Shown: positions 39,654 to 54,356 of the stretch, in pieces
How positions within the stretch are numbered: the stretch's first letter is position 1
Layout: each line of letters begins with the position of its first letter
Source: Octopus vulgaris
Lineage: Eukaryota
Direction of reading: 5' to 3'
Assembly (NCBI GenBank): GCA_951406725.2
Contig: OX597821.1
Coordinates: 100,688,001 to 100,752,000, forward strand
Length of the DNA stretch: 64,000 nucleotides
Translations under genes and position numbers: made by a program
Notes under the pieces: model-generated
The model's database searches: none
What the model saw: only the letters and a program-made list of their open reading frames with translations
Told to the model about the DNA's origin: nothing

Positions 39654-41894
39654 ATGTCTAGTTTCTGATATTATCCATTTATGTAATCCTTTGTTTTCCC
39701 ATTCTCTTTTTCCAATTACTTCGCCTTCTGTTAACATTCTCTGGAAATCCATTTTTCTTTTCTTTTATTTTGATGGGAGGGGATAAACATTAGAGATGCT
39801 TTGTTCCAAGCAAAAAATATAGGAGTTACTTAAATTGGTTTCAAATTTTAGCACAAGATCAGCAATTTGGTGGGAGGAGTTAAGTCGATTACATTGACCC
39901 CAGTGCTCACCCGGTACTTATTTTATCAACCTCCAAAGGGTAAAAGGCAAAGTCGACTTCAGCGCTAAGTATTTTACCCGGCGTGCTAACGACTCTGCCA
40001 GCACTCGGCATCCTGGAGCTGCTTAAATTACAAACTGTTGTCCTAGTGATGACTAAAGCTAGTGCAACGTTCAAGGCCCTTCTGTATCGCTAATATCTAT
40101 CTCAAGGTCACCCAGTCTGAGTGCAGCAACGAGGACTGAATTAGTCTTCGCCTACAAAAGTGCTCCATCTGCGATGCCTTATCAACCACAACCACCTTGA
40201 ACAGATTTCAGCTGTCATGTTTACTCACTTAGTGGGGTTTTTTCAGTTGTTCGGATTACAAACCAATCTTTTGCAGAAAATAGTGCATTGATCTCGCTAG
40301 GAAACTGCAGCAACTGATTTCAATAGGGAATGGAGCCGCGTATCATCCTTTGACAAGTGCCACATCAGTCATGTCCTGATATTTGCAGATCCTATCATAT
40401 TTAGCACTTATTTAAGATGTGGATTTGAACTAGAACACCGCACTGTTCGAGAAATCTAAGGAAGAAATGTCTGAGAAAGAGGTGTTGGTTTCTTTAGTAC
40501 GAAACATGGATAATCAGAATCCAGTTTTCAACCAAGTATCTTTCGTTGAAACTCTTATGCTATAGGAATTACAATTCGGTTGAGTAGTAAATTTAAGATG
40601 TGTAATTATGGAAAACACTTTAACATTTGATTGTTTTAATCTGTTTAAAATGCAGAGCGTTAGCCAATAGCCGTGAATTCGTCTCTATCAAACACACAGA
40701 GAGAAACAACAGATTCGGAAACTCTTATTTATATTCTCAGTAGGAAACATTAATTTTAACTGATTGACTTAAATAGTTAAAGTAGTTATTTGATGTTTTA
40801 ATTAAGCGATGCTACCAGCAGCTGAAAAGTAAACTAAGTTTGCTGCTTGAGACTCTGAAGTAGCAATCAAATACCTCCTGTAAATGCGGATTTTTCCTAT
40901 TGTCTTTTAAAGGTGTTACAACTTTGTTTAGAGTAATATTCCCATTGCGGCTATAATCAAAACACAGCAAAGTCAAAAACAAATGTCAAAACGCACGAAA
41001 GACTTCAATACTGTATATTCTCCTATTACTATAGTACTTATGGTACACGTAATCCAATGATGGAGCCTTTCCGCAGCTCTAAAGTAGATTTGGTTATAAA
41101 CATCTCTTTACTGTATAGATTTTGACACGGAATACATGTACCTAGCAGAATGCTGTTTTCTGGACTTCATATATGGACGGTTTTCCCGAAATTCGTTAAT
41201 TCTTTATCCTGAGAATTTTTCATCCTCCTTTATCGAGATGATATTGTCATTTTGGCAAGACCCTTCAATTCGTGTACAAGATCTAGACCTCTTGAAAGTT
41301 TACAAGGTTATGGATACTGTTCGTCTTATCACTGTATGTACTTGTATATACCAGATAATCGCACCCTGTTTTTCATTTTTTGCTTTGGTCTTTGAGGCCT
41401 GTTTAATCCAGCCATGTCTTCTGCTATAGACTGATATGACAAATATGGAGCATTTAACTTGGTGTGTGCGTGTGTGTGTGTGCGTGAGTGTGTGCTTGCG
41501 TGTGTGTGTGACCAAGGTCTCACCAAATCTTCCACACATGCCGTCTTCCGACTTGATATTGTGCTTTATAACACACCTCTTACTTACTAGAGCGCATGGT
41601 CTAGTGGTTATGGTATTGCACTCACGACCACGAGATCGTGGTTTCAGTTCCTAGACCGGATGGTTCGTTGTGTTCTTGAGCATAGCATTTCCTCTCACGT
41701 TGCTCTGCGATGGCTTCGACATCTGACGCGTGATGCGCCGAGCACGTATTCAGACAACGCCGATTTGATGGAGAGAGGAAGCGAGCTAATGTGCGAACTT
41801 TTGATTATTATAAACAAAGCATTTATGCAGGTCCTTCGGCAAAAACTGAACACTCGTACGTCGTATTCGACGAAAGAGTCCATCTCTTACCAAT

Positions 41895-42220
41895 TTACTT
41901 ACTTACTCACCTACCTAGATACCTACGTGCCTACCTACTTACTTAAGCCCTTCTTTCCCTATAGGGCATAGGTCATCGACGAATTTTCTCTTGGCTGTCT
42001 TTTCTACCGGCCTTGTTTGTTTTGAATTGTCATCGATGCTTCCATAGCATTTTTTCTAGGCTGGCCCTATTCAAACCAATTTTTCTTCTGGATAGAGATG
42101 GCCAATATTAGTCAGGTCCCTGTTCTCTGACCTGTCCAGCATGAAAGGCCCTACTAGGAGCTTGCACATAGCTCTGTGTTACTGAGGCACATTAGTCACC
42201 ACACCACAAGAACTGGCCTT
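41895..42220 (-). mobile_element. Possible short RTE derivative (5'UTR-like plus 3'-end-like parts)
   Basis: Minus strand GTGCCTCAGTAACACAGAGCTATG...GGGCCTTTCATGCTGGACAGGTCA resembles RTE 5'UTRs; end GATGACCTATGCCCTATAGGG then (TAAG/TAGG)n. Confidence 0.45.
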
Positions 42221-42937
42221 TGTGGTAGAGAATATACCTCTGACAATATCATCTATTCGGATGACATTGATCCTGAACTGAAATTTTCCTCCTCTTTCAG
42301 TCGTAATCTTGGGAACTAAATGTTGTTTTTGTGGTTTCTTGTAGTTCAGATTATTTAATCATTCACTGAAATTGTTCGTGGAGAGAGTTTCAGTTCCTCT
42401 GCTGTATTCGCTAAATCGATTTGTTTTTTACTTTAAGTCATGAACTTATTTTTCTCGTAGATGTTCTCGTTGCCGTGTATGCATGTTCAGAGTTGTATCT
42501 GTAGTGTATAAGGAACATTTAGATGCAACATCGATTTCAGCTATTTTTCCGTTTCTTTATATTGAACTGCCAGATAAATTCCTTCGTTTCTGTTCAATGT
42601 TATTTGAATTGACACGAAAAATATTTTATGGTAGTGTTTTATGTTTATTTTTGGTGTTCTATTCTTCTTCTATAACTTTTGTTTATCGTTTTTCAGATAT
42701 GAATAAATTTTACCTTTTTTCAGACACATAAAAAAAAATAAGGATTAAGATAAATGAAAAAAACGAATGAATTTATCTGAAAGCCCAATATGTTTAGTGG
42801 AAACCTTTGTCTCTTGTCGTATCTAATAATTTCCTGTTGTGCATTGTATGCTGTATTTAAAGTGTCCATTTGAATTATAATACTTAATATACGATTATAA
42901 ATTATACAGTGCAACTCCCTTTATTCTGACAAGGTAT

Positions 42938-42989
<52 letters not shown>

Positions 42990-42992
<3 letters not shown>

Positions 42993-43199
42993 TCGCCATG
43001 ATAGATCGTTAGCCACTACACACATTTTTTTCTTTCCTTCTTTCTCTCCTTGTTTCTCTTCTTGTTTTTTCTTTTCCCTTTCTGTAGAAGACCGTAGGCT
43101 CGAAACGTAAAATACTTTTTTCTATTCCTGAGCGTTATACTAATACATCTGTTTGTTTTCTACACCACCTGTCTTCATCTTTTTTTTTTCGTAAACTCT

Positions 43200-43203
<4 letters not shown>
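42990..43203 (+). mobile_element. Hammerhead-bearing element, family 1
   Basis: CTGTAGA-AGACC-GTAG-GCTC-GAAACGTA at 43082-43109; long (TA)n on both sides. Confidence 0.8.
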
Positions 43204-43236
<33 letters not shown>

Positions 43237-43308
43237 ATCATCAGGATGTCAGCTAAAAGCTAAGTGACTTCGTCTATATTTTGTCAAGATACTTGTTCGG
43301 TATTAAAA

Positions 43309-43383
<75 letters not shown>

Positions 43384-43834
43384 TCCCAGTCTACCACATT
43401 GATGGTGTAGCTTGCTATTTGGCTTCATAGTGTGTTAATTGCTTCCATATTATTTTCGAGTTGAGTTAACATCTTCGGGTCATTCCGTTTGATTAGTTCT
43501 ATCATTTTAGCACACTGAATCACGTTTATTTCCTTGATTCTCATATTTCCAAAGGATGATAAATTGGCAGAAAAGATAGTACATTGGACGAAATGCCTTG
43601 AAATACTTAGTTACGTGTCTTTATGTTCTTCGTTCAAATCTTATCCAGGTCAACTTTATCTTTCGTCCTTCAAGAATCGATAAAATAAATGCCACTCATG
43701 TTCTAGAGTTGATATAACCGATCATCCTCTCCAAAAAACAAATAATCTATCTTTTTGACAAAGTAATTATTATCATTTGTTATTATCAATATCATCATCA
43801 GCCTTATTATTATTATTAACATTATTATTATTAA

Positions 43835-43870
<36 letters not shown>

Positions 43871-44096
43871 GAGTTACCAAAATCGTTACGACGTCGGAAA
43901 AATGTTTAGCGGCACATCTTCCAGCTTTTACGTTCATAGTTCAAATGCCGTCAAAGTCGACTTTGCTTCTCAGCCTTCCAAGATCGATAACATAGAGTAC
44001 CAATCGAGCACTGAAGTCGATGTTATCAATTTACCTCTCCTCCTAAAATTGCTAGCCTTGTGCCTATATTAGAAAAAAATACATTATTATTATTAT

Positions 44097-44348
44097 TCTG
44101 TTTGACTTTTGCTTTATATTTGTACAAGTTGGCTCCAAGTCTCACCCAGAAACCTCAAGAGACAACAGGTTGGAAGTTCACGTTGTTGTTATGCCTAGTG
44201 TGCCATATATTTGTGTTTTTTTTTGTGTGTTGTACTAGTGAATGTCTAAAAAAAAAATAATAAAATGAAAACGAAAATTATGTTTGTTTTAAACCTTGAG
44301 ATTACATAGTAAGTATTTTGCGTAGGATATGAGCAGTTCCCATGAGCA
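44097..44348 (-). mobile_element. 5'-truncated R4/Dong-like 3' end within (TAA)n
   Basis: Minus strand LMGTAHILRKILTM* plus 3'UTR; (TAA)n on both sides. Confidence 0.75.
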
Positions 44349-44403
<55 letters not shown>

Positions 44404-44608
44404 AAAGGCGGCGAGCTGACAAAATCGTTAGCACACCGGGCGAAATGCTTAGCTGTATTTCGTCTGTCTTTACGTTCTGGGTTCAAATGCCGATCCGAGA
44501 TCGATAACATAGAGTACCAATTGAGCACCGAAGTCGATGTTATCAATTTACCTCTCCTCCTAAAATTGCTAGCCTTGTGCCTATATTAGAAAACAAACGT
44601 TATTATTA

Positions 44609-44727
<119 letters not shown>

Positions 44728-44729
44728 AT

Positions 44730-46683
44730 TATAAACTGTATTATCTTGCCATCGGTTAGGACTGATATGTTGATTAGAAGGTATTTTTATGTTTCATTTT
44801 ATTTTTCTTTGTGGTCCCTAACAGTATCTGGCGTTGATCTTTCTATCTGTATGTATTGGAATATCTCAGAGTATGGTTGCTTTGTCATTTTCTGCGACCT
44901 TCTCTGGGGCATGCCTGCACCATCTTTTTCCTGTTGTAATTCTCTAGTGCTGGCACAGCTCCAGTGTATATAATTCCCATTTCTGTTATGTTTGTGGGTT
45001 TATTCCTTCTTGGCTAGAAATGGGCAATCAGAGACAATGTGATTTATTGTTTTATCCCCATCATATTCTGCAGTCACTTGTATTTTTCTTCATGATGTGT
45101 TTTTCTTGATTTCTGATGGGGGAGGCTTTGATCATGCACTGCAATTAAAAACCCTTCAGTTTTTGTTTTGAGACCCCAACTTTTTTTGTCAAACTCTTTC
45201 CTGTTTAGCTTATCCCAATATTGCTTGTAAGTACTTTTCTTACCATCGTTTTATCAAGGAATTTTGTAATTCCAGTTTTAGCTTAGATTTTAGATGCTTT
45301 ACAGCTTTTTATGTTTCTTTTTTTTCTTCATAGTTACCAAGTATTATGAACTTTTCCTTGTATTGTTCGGTTTCCTTGAAGACAAAGAACGGTCTTTTTG
45401 TTTTACTCATGTTTTGAGGCTGTTTCTATCAGTTTTCATTTGTCCTGATTTAGATGTTTCTGTTATTCATATTTTGTAGTAGTTTTCCAGTTGCATAAGT
45501 CCTCTACCACCTTCAATTTAGTGTATATATAACCTTTCTATGTCAGATTTTAGGTGATGTGTTCTAAATTCTGTCATTAAGTTTCTAGTATAGTCTGGCT
45601 AGTTCACTTAGTGTCCAGCTAAGAATATTGTAACTGTTACTTATAACTGGACAGCCAGAGCATTGATCTATTATCTTATTTTTTTGCATTGAGCTCTGCT
45701 TTAAGTATTAATCTAATTTATCTATAATATTCATTCCTTATCTTTTCTTTCATTTTTGTGTGTTGTACTGTATCATAGTTCATTGATTCCGAAGTATGTC
45801 TGGGTTTGGTGTAGTCCCCTTGTTGAATTTTCTCTATCTAGTGTGATATTGCTACTCTTAATCAGTTTTCCTCTTTTCAGGGCTGCTTTAACACATTTTC
45901 TAGACTGAACTTCATATTTATTTCTTTGGTAAATCTTTTCACTGTCTGTAGCAATGTTTCCATTTCTTTATTATTTGCCGCATACAGCTTAAGATCATCC
46001 AAGAGATATTTGATAATTTTACCGTAGCAACTGTATCCACATCGAGTTTTGTTTAGCATGTCGGACAGAAAATGGGTGAAAAGAGCGAGTTTCCTTAGAA
46101 TCTTTTACTTCTAATGATGGCTTTGGTTATTATATTTCCCTCTTTTGTCTGTAGCTGCAAAACTGTTGTCCATTTATTCGTGACATGTTTCATAAATTCT
46201 TTTGTTGTTGGTGCTATTTTACTCATGACAAATGTTTCAAGGATCCATGTGTGAGGTATGCTATCAAAAGCCCTCCCGTAATCGATCCAAGCTATGCTTA
46301 GACCCTTCTTATTTTTTCGGCAGTCTTCAGCTATGGCTTTGTTAATCAATAATCGATCTTTACAACGATCTGAACCTTTGCAGCATCCCTTCAGCTCTTC
46401 TAGAAACAGCTTCTTTTCTTCTAGATGTCGATGTTTCTGTTATCCATATTGTAATAAAGGTCTTCTATGTTGTATGGCTACAAGTTACAGGTCCGTGGAT
46501 TTGTGAGTTTGTAGTTTCGGCAGATTTGGACATTAGGATGTTTTTTTTTCACCCACTTCTGTGAACTCTTCAGGTGTTGCCTCTGGCTTCATCAGACTCT
46601 AATTGAACTCCTCTGCCAGTGGCTTGTGAGACCCTATTAAATATTTTAGCCAGAAGTTAGGAATTTTGTCGTGTCCTTTGGCT
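44730..46683 (-). mobile_element. R4/Dong-clade LINE remnant (RT, zinc knuckle, restriction-like endonuclease)
   Basis: GHDKIPNFWLK; KGCCKGSDRCKDRLLINKAI..DCRKNKKGLSIAWIDYGRAFDSIPHTWI; LDDLKLYA; APEKVAENDKATIL*DIPIHTDRKIN..PD; many disablements; bounded by TAA-rich repeats. Confidence 0.9.
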
Positions 46684-46794
46684 TATTCTTATTCTTATTC
46701 TTATTATTTTTATTATCATATTCATCACCATCATCATCATCCTCATCACCATCATTATCATCATCATCACCACCACCATCACCACCATCATCAA

Positions 46795-46835
<41 letters not shown>

Positions 46836-46905
46836 CCACCACCACCACCACCATCATCACTACCATCATCATCATTGCAGCTACTACTGCTGCTGTTGCT
46901 GCTGC

Positions 46906-46951
<46 letters not shown>

Positions 46952-47228
46952 GCTGCTGCTGCTGCTACTATTATTATTGTTATTGTTACCATAGTCATTA
47001 TCATCTATCATCATCAATACCATCATATTTTTAGCAGTTTCAATACGAATTCTATCGCACTACCAGGTGCACCTCTCGGTTCCTGGGCGGTGTACAAGCA
47101 TTGTCAATTGACAGGGGTAGAATTATGTTTACATGCTAAATATACTACAACTACCACCACCATTATCACTATTACTACTATTATTATTATTGTTGTTATT
47201 GTTATTATTATCATTATTATTATTATTA

Positions 47229-47287
<59 letters not shown>

Positions 47288-47617
47288 GCTATTGTTATCA
47301 ATATTATTATTATTATACCCAGTGTTAATGCCGTGTAAAAAAAACAATCAATACACTTAGGTAGCTACCGAAAGAGTTGCTAACCTTAAAAGAGTCTATT
47401 ATATCATTTGATGTAAATGTAAAAGAAAAGCAACCGACAAAAAGTAAAAAAAGAAGCTGATGTTAGAGATGTTCGGATGAAATAGTGTGTATGACTTAGT
47501 TGAAGAGTCAATAATTTAATTCTTTAACTTACTGGCTACCATGAGGTCTCAAAGTCGTTGCAGCCCTCCCGCCTCAGGAATTGAATTCTTTAGAGAAAGC
47601 AACGGTAACAATGATAA

Positions 47618-47653
<36 letters not shown>

Positions 47654-47727
47654 ACAAATAAATAAATAAATAAATAAAAGAAAAAGAAGAAGAAAAAAGA
47701 ACAACAACAACAACACTAGCAACGACG

Positions 47728-47763
<36 letters not shown>

Positions 47764-47796
47764 TGGAGAACACGAACATGGAAAACACAAGAACAA

Positions 47797-47827
<31 letters not shown>

Positions 47828-47833
47828 AAGAAG

Positions 47834-47864
<31 letters not shown>

Positions 47865-48043
47865 TGGAGAACACGAACATGGAAAACAAGGAGAACAATA
47901 AGAAGAAGAAGAACAAGAACAAGAAGAACAAGAAGAAGAACAACAACGAGAATGACGATGATGAAGGTGAAGATGATAAAGATGATAGTGATGATGACAA
48001 TGACGATGATGATGACGATGACGATGATGATGACGACAACGAT

Positions 48044-48107
<64 letters not shown>

Positions 48108-48373
48108 TTAACAGTAATGGTATGGGCGAGTAGGTTTTCGTTTTATTTTGTTGTTTTTTTCATGTTTTGTTTTGTTTTACTTTTTTACAAACGTGACGTT
48201 ATATATAAAAATGAGTGTTTTGCTAATCAATATAAAGGTCTTGAAATAAAAATACATGAAATTGAATAAAGCACTATTGAGGTTTTGCATTGAAAAGAGA
48301 GTGCAACAACATTCATAATGGCGAAATGCTCGCTTTTATCCTGAAAACTTTTTACCGGTAAAAGAAAAGTACA

Positions 48374-48415
<42 letters not shown>

Positions 48416-48424
48416 TCCTTTACA

Positions 48425-48475
<51 letters not shown>

Positions 48476-48484
48476 TCCTTTACA

Positions 48485-48518
<34 letters not shown>

Positions 48519-48542
48519 GTATATATATTATATATACTCCTT

Positions 48543-48579
<37 letters not shown>

Positions 48580-48591
48580 GTTTGTACTTAT

Positions 48592-48639
<48 letters not shown>

Positions 48640-48644
48640 TCCTT

Positions 48645-48694
<50 letters not shown>

Positions 48695-48850
48695 TATATG
48701 TGTGTGTATGTATGTTTTTATGTATGTGTATATATATATATATACACATATATACATACATATACATATACATAAATATATAAACATATGTACACATATG
48801 TATGTACATATATATGCGTGTGCATATATGTATATATATTTATTCATATA

Positions 48851-48886
<36 letters not shown>

Positions 48887-48891
48887 CATAC

Positions 48892-48943
<52 letters not shown>

Positions 48944-49950
48944 CATAATTGAATACAAATTCAATAGACATTCCTGCTGACATGGCTGTTGCGGATCGAA
49001 GGAGGAAAATGCTGCTGTTGATAAAGGGACCAATTAATCAATTAGAGAGCATCACAGTTCGATAACTGATACAACAATACCAGCAACTACAACAACAACA
49101 ACACCATCACTACAACATATTACACACACAACTGAACCACATGTCTTGCAACCAACACACACAAAGTATCGATTTTATTATTTCAAGATTTTAGCGCTAA
49201 GTGAAGTAAATGAGTTTTTGGCAAGCATTGTAGAATGCTTGGCTTCTACACACATATGCGTTGTCATCGTTGGTGTTAATTCCATTCTATAGAAATAGCT
49301 AGTGGCAACTTTCCGCTCCATTTCATTTTCACGTAGACGTTTTATCCAAGTCAGGATCACGATGGTTATTATTATTAAGAAGACAATGCAAGTTAGATAC
49401 TTTGAATCGTTCGTTGTTTTCGGCTCACTCACTACTATGTCTGTGTGTCTCTGAAGGAAATACTTTATGCAGTGGATGGACTGTCTATGGTGTTAAGAAG
49501 AAAGCTAGCTTCTGCGGCCACTCTATTTCAGGTTTGATCTCGCTGCATAACGCCATGGACCTATGCAGCGGAGTTTTAATATTCTAGTGTCTTAATATTT
49601 TGAGCATATAAAGGAAAAGAGCTGGTAGGATTGTTAGCATGCCGGACGAAATTTTTAGCAGAATTTTGTACGTCTTTACGTTCTGAATTGAAATTCTGCT
49701 GGAATCGACTTTGCCTTTCATCCATTCGGGGTCGATAAAATAGTGCTAGTAGAGCACTGAAGATGACGTGATCAACTTACATACTCCCTTGAAATTGCTG
49801 GCTTTGTACTATTATTTGAAACTAATATCTTTTGTAGATATAAGTGTATTTGTGTGTGTGTGTTTCTTACTACATATATGTGTGTGCGTATGTATGTAAG
49901 TATATTTGTATGTGTGCATATACATATATGTGTATATATATGTACATATA

Positions 49951-50146
49951 TAGGGGAAGAATTCACACAAAAAACAAAAGACGAAGACAGGTTGTGTAGA
50001 CAACAAACAGATGTTTTAGTATAACACTCAAGAAGTGAAAAAGTCTTTAACGTTTCGAGCCTACGCTCTTCCAAAAAAAGGATCACAGAAAGAAACAAGG
50101 AGCGAAAATAAAGAATGTGTGGTTGCTAGCGATCTATCATGGCGAA
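49951..50146 (-). mobile_element. Hammerhead-bearing element, family 1 (core decayed)
   Basis: Minus strand GAAGAGCGTAGGCTCGAAACGTTAAAGAC; flanks align to 19135-19343. Confidence 0.75.
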
Positions 50147-51007
50147 CGCCGGACAGAGGGGTCGCACAGAAGAGCTAGGGAGAAAGGGAGATAACAAAGT
50201 GGTGGTGATCCCAAAACGAAGGTGCGCGTGCGTGTGTATAAGAGAGTTTGTATATATATATATACACGTGTGTATGTATGAATGTATGTATATAAATGTA
50301 TATACATATATATATATGTATGTATGTATATATATATGTATGTGTGTGTGTGTATGTGTAGGTGGGTAACAACACCATATCATCATTGCCGTTCGAACCT
50401 ACACCATTTGCTTTCAACATCAGTGACATTTAATACGTCAGCAATGACGCTACCTTTTCGTATTGAACGTGTATTTCCATTTATTAAAACGGAACAACAT
50501 ACACTGAGGGTCACTCAGCTGCTACTTTTAACAGACCGATTGACCACGCTGATATTTACACTTCGTCCATTGGCCGTATTGATGGAATTAAATAAACATT
50601 CTGTATAAATCCCATCGTAACATAATCACAAACGGTTAAGTGTATTTTGAGATCAGGGCTGTTTTATTTTTTTTATTCCTCTATATGTTTTTCTTTTTGT
50701 TTTTTCTTGTCTCCTATTAATAGCTACTTAAGAGCTTCATGGTCAGCCACAGCTAGCAGCTGGATCAATTAATGCTTAACACATACGATCAATACATGTT
50801 TTTGTTTGTTTGTACATTTTTGTCTTTTTGTCACGGTACCTGTCTTCAGTAAAATTGTGACTTTTTATTGTGTGGGTGTGTATTGCTTAATTATTTCATT
50901 TCCTTATATGTAAACCTCGCCATACTTTATGTCTTTTTTTTTTATCGTCCCACTCATCCTTCGCCCTGGTGGCAAATAAATGAAACCATTATTACAGAGG
51001 TAGAGAG

Positions 51008-51595
51008 GCAAGCATGGCTGTGTAGTTAAGAAGCTCATTTCGAAACCACGAGGTTTCTAGTTCAGTTCCATTAAATACGATACCTTGGGTGTCTTCTACT
51101 ATAGCCCCGGGCCGGTCAACGTTTTGCGAGGGGATTTGGTAGAAGCCCGTTGTTTATGTATGTATGTTTGCATGTATGTATGTATGTATGTATGTATGTA
51201 TGTATGTATGTATGTATGTATGTATAGATAGATAGATAGCTAGCTAGATAGATAGATAGATATACACACAGACATATATAAGTGTGTTTGTATATATATA
51301 TATATATATATATATATGCATGTATGTATGTATGTATGGATGGATGGGTGGATGGATGGATAGATTGATGGATGGATGGATATGTATGTGTGTGTGTGTG
51401 AGACCATGTCTTTGTATTTGTGTTTGACAAGTAGTGTTGGGTTTTTTGCGTCCCTTAACTAGCGGTTCGGCAAAACAAATCAATAAAATGAGTCCAGACT
51501 TTAAAATAAATACTGGGATTGATTTGTTCGAATAAAGCCTTCAAGTTGGTGTCCTAGAGAAGCCGCAGTCCAATGACTATAAATAGGTAAGAATA
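51008..51595 (+). mobile_element. Diverged SINE family A
   Basis: Recognisable head and tail; expanded internal microsatellite. Confidence 0.7.
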
Positions 51596-51934
51596 GGTAA
51601 AGAGCCCCTTCGGTCGTGAATAACCATGAGATTACACCTAGAATGCTTCCCTCCAAGGCACAAGTCCAAGTAAGGTTGTTTATGGAAGACCAGCAGTCGC
51701 CCATGCATATCAACCTCCTCTCTCCACGCTACCGATGTTATCCAAGGGTAAGACAAATATCGATACAGCTTGGCACCAGTGACGTCGCAACTCATTTCTA
51801 CAGCTGAGTGAACAGGAGTAACGTGAAATAAAGTGTCTTGCTCAAGAACACAACACGCAGCCCCGTCCAGGAAACGAACTCACTACCACATGATTGTGAG
51901 CTGGACGCTCCAACCATTGTGCCATGCGCCTTCG
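51596..51934 (-). mobile_element. tRNA-derived CORE-like SINE inserted in a SINE A tail
   Basis: Minus head GGCGCATGGCACAATGGTTGG...GAGTTCGTTTCC; CORE-like TGTGTTCTTGAGCAAGACACTTTATTTCACG; TGACTATAAA repeated at 51574 and 51935. Confidence 0.8.
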
Positions 51935-52278
51935 TGACTATAAACAGTAAAATAAAAAGCACAAGGCGACCATTTTGGTGGTAATGATTAACCGATTTGA
52001 ATGACTCCAGTACTTGACTAGCAACGTTTATTTTATTGATCCTGGAAGGATTAAGGGGTAAAGTTGACCTCGGTAGAATTTGACTCAGAACATATTACCC
52101 GAGACAAATAACACTAAGCAGAATAATTTTGAGAAAAATAACTCTGTTTGTGTGTGTGCGTGTGGGAGGGGTGTCCAGACAAGGCTAGTCACTGATGTGG
52201 CTGAGTGGTTAAGAGGTTCGGTACGCAACTACGAGTTTTCGGGTTCAGTCCCATTTCGTGACATTTAGAGCGAGTGTC

Positions 52279-52810
52279 TCCTATAATAATAAAAGAGAAA
52301 TTCTGTCTGTCTGTCTGTGACCCCTGTATCTCAGTCTACCTTTACTCTACATAAACATATTACACCTTTTTGGAATTAAGATGATCCCGAAATTGAAAAT
52401 CTACCCTACGTTTTGTTCTTGAACATACAGCATAGGGATCTGATTTAAAAGCATTGGGATTGCTATTTCTAGCAGGCAAAGCTTGGCTGATTGACGTCAT
52501 CTTGGTTGGCGTTTGTAAGATGACGTCAGAGATCAAAGGGGAGATAAAAGACATTTGCTTCGTTAATCTTACGTCGGGATAAGAACTTTGGGACACATTG
52601 GCCAACAGTTGGAATTCAACTTGGGACTGGAACAATAGAATGATTGCATTACAGAATTGATTCTCATGTCCTTAACCTCTGATCAAACGCCGCAGCATTT
52701 AGCCATTATAATCATGCTATTTTGTTCCCTTTAGTCTTGGGCCGCAGTTCTAATTATTCCTCCGTATGAGCTAGCTTAAAAGTCCGCACGGAATGAGGCT
52801 TTTAAGCTAG
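52279..52810 (+). mobile_element. Helitron-like insertion splitting an old SINE A
   Basis: Starts TCCTATAATAATAAAAGAG(TCTG)n and ends CTAG|T; SINE sequence GTGTCT/TCTACTATA resumes with no TSD. Confidence 0.7.
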
Positions 52811-52907
52811 TCTACTATACACCCTGGTCGACCAGTGGCATATGAATGTACATATCTGTGCGTGAATGTGTGTGTGAGAGAGAGAAAGAAAGTGTGTAGT
52901 GTGTATG

Positions 52908-52969
<62 letters not shown>

Positions 52970-53334
52970 CATGCGTGCGTGCGCGCGTGTGTGTGTATGT
53001 ACGTGTGTCGTTGCATTTATGTTTCTCTGTCATCACTTTTCCTCTTTTATATCACGGTAGCATAGCGGCTCGGGAATAAGAGGCCGATAGAATAAATACC
53101 AGATGGCCAATTTGATCGATTAGTTCCGTCAATGTGGTGCTCCAGTATGACTGTAATCCGATGTCTCAAAAACAGTAAACGAGTTTAATGTGTGAGTGGA
53201 AAATGATCGATTGCAACTATAATGTAGTGGATTGATTTATATGAGAGTAAATAATAAAAACCGCCTTGGAGCAGCGTGGCTGTCTCGTTGGTTAGGTTTT
53301 ATTATTCCAATTAGTTAATGTAGACGTATGCTAC

Positions 53335-53700
53335 GGCGGCGAGCTGGCAGAAACCTTAGCATGCTGGACGAAATACTAAGCGGTATTTCGTCTGCCGCTA
53401 CGTTCTGAGTTCAAATTCCGCTGAGGTCGGCTTTGCCTTTCATCCTTTCGGGGTCGATTAAATAAGTACCAGATACGCACTGTCCTTGTTTGTCCTCTCT
53501 GTGTTTAGCCCCTTGTGGGTAGTAAAGAAATAGGTATTTCGTTTGTCTTTACGTTCTAAGTTCAAATTCCGCAGAGGTCTACTCTGCCTTTCATCTTTTC
53601 GGGGTCGATAAATTAAGTACCAGTTTGGTACTGAGGTCGATCTAATCGACTGGCCCCTTCCTCTAAAATTTCGGGCCTTGTGCCTTGAGAAGAAAAGAAT
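53335..53700 (+). mobile_element. Composite SINE B (young unit joined to 3' part of older unit)
   Basis: Junction GTAAAGAAATA-GGTATTTCGTTTGTCTTTACG at about 53522-53553. Confidence 0.85.
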
Positions 53701-54356
53701 ATAGAAGTATGCCTGGGGATGAAGTTTGCTAATTCCCGTATTTACAATTGCATATTTGCACTTATATTCACACACGCACACACACACACACAAATACGTA
53801 CATATGCATAGATATGTATATGTGTGTGCATGTATATGCGTGTGTGAGTACATATATGTATTTTTATGTGTATGTATATATATATATGTATTATATGTGT
53901 GAATTTATGTGTATATATATACATATATAAACACTTACCTGTGTATATATGTATTTATGTATTTGTGTATATGTAAGAATGTATGTGCATGCGTGCTTTC
54001 ATGTGTATGTGAGTGCTTGCATGTGCGAGTGCGAGAGAGAGAAGGTCAGTGCGATAGGTTGCTTTCATACGTGTTCTTTTAATGAATCAATCCACAAAAT
54101 TATCTTTTTCTTCCAAATCTATCATTATATGATATTTAAATGTTACATCCGCATTATATTATCCTACATTCATTAGAGTTTTAATCAGATTTGTTTGACC
54201 TTAGTTATCTTCTTCTCGATATCATATTACTATTTACCGCCAAACTGGAGCTCTTTAGCGTTCTGTAGCACACAAATTAGCGTAAATGCTAAAATGGTTT
54301 CACCTTTTTGAAAGCCATGAAATAGTACTATCGTACTCTTCAAGCTGTCATGGTTT

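Noticed and set aside
47755-48660. Short duplications (ATGGAGAACACGAACATGGAAAAC twice; CTCCTTTACATAT four times)
   Set aside because: Explained by slippage or unequal exchange within microsatellites.
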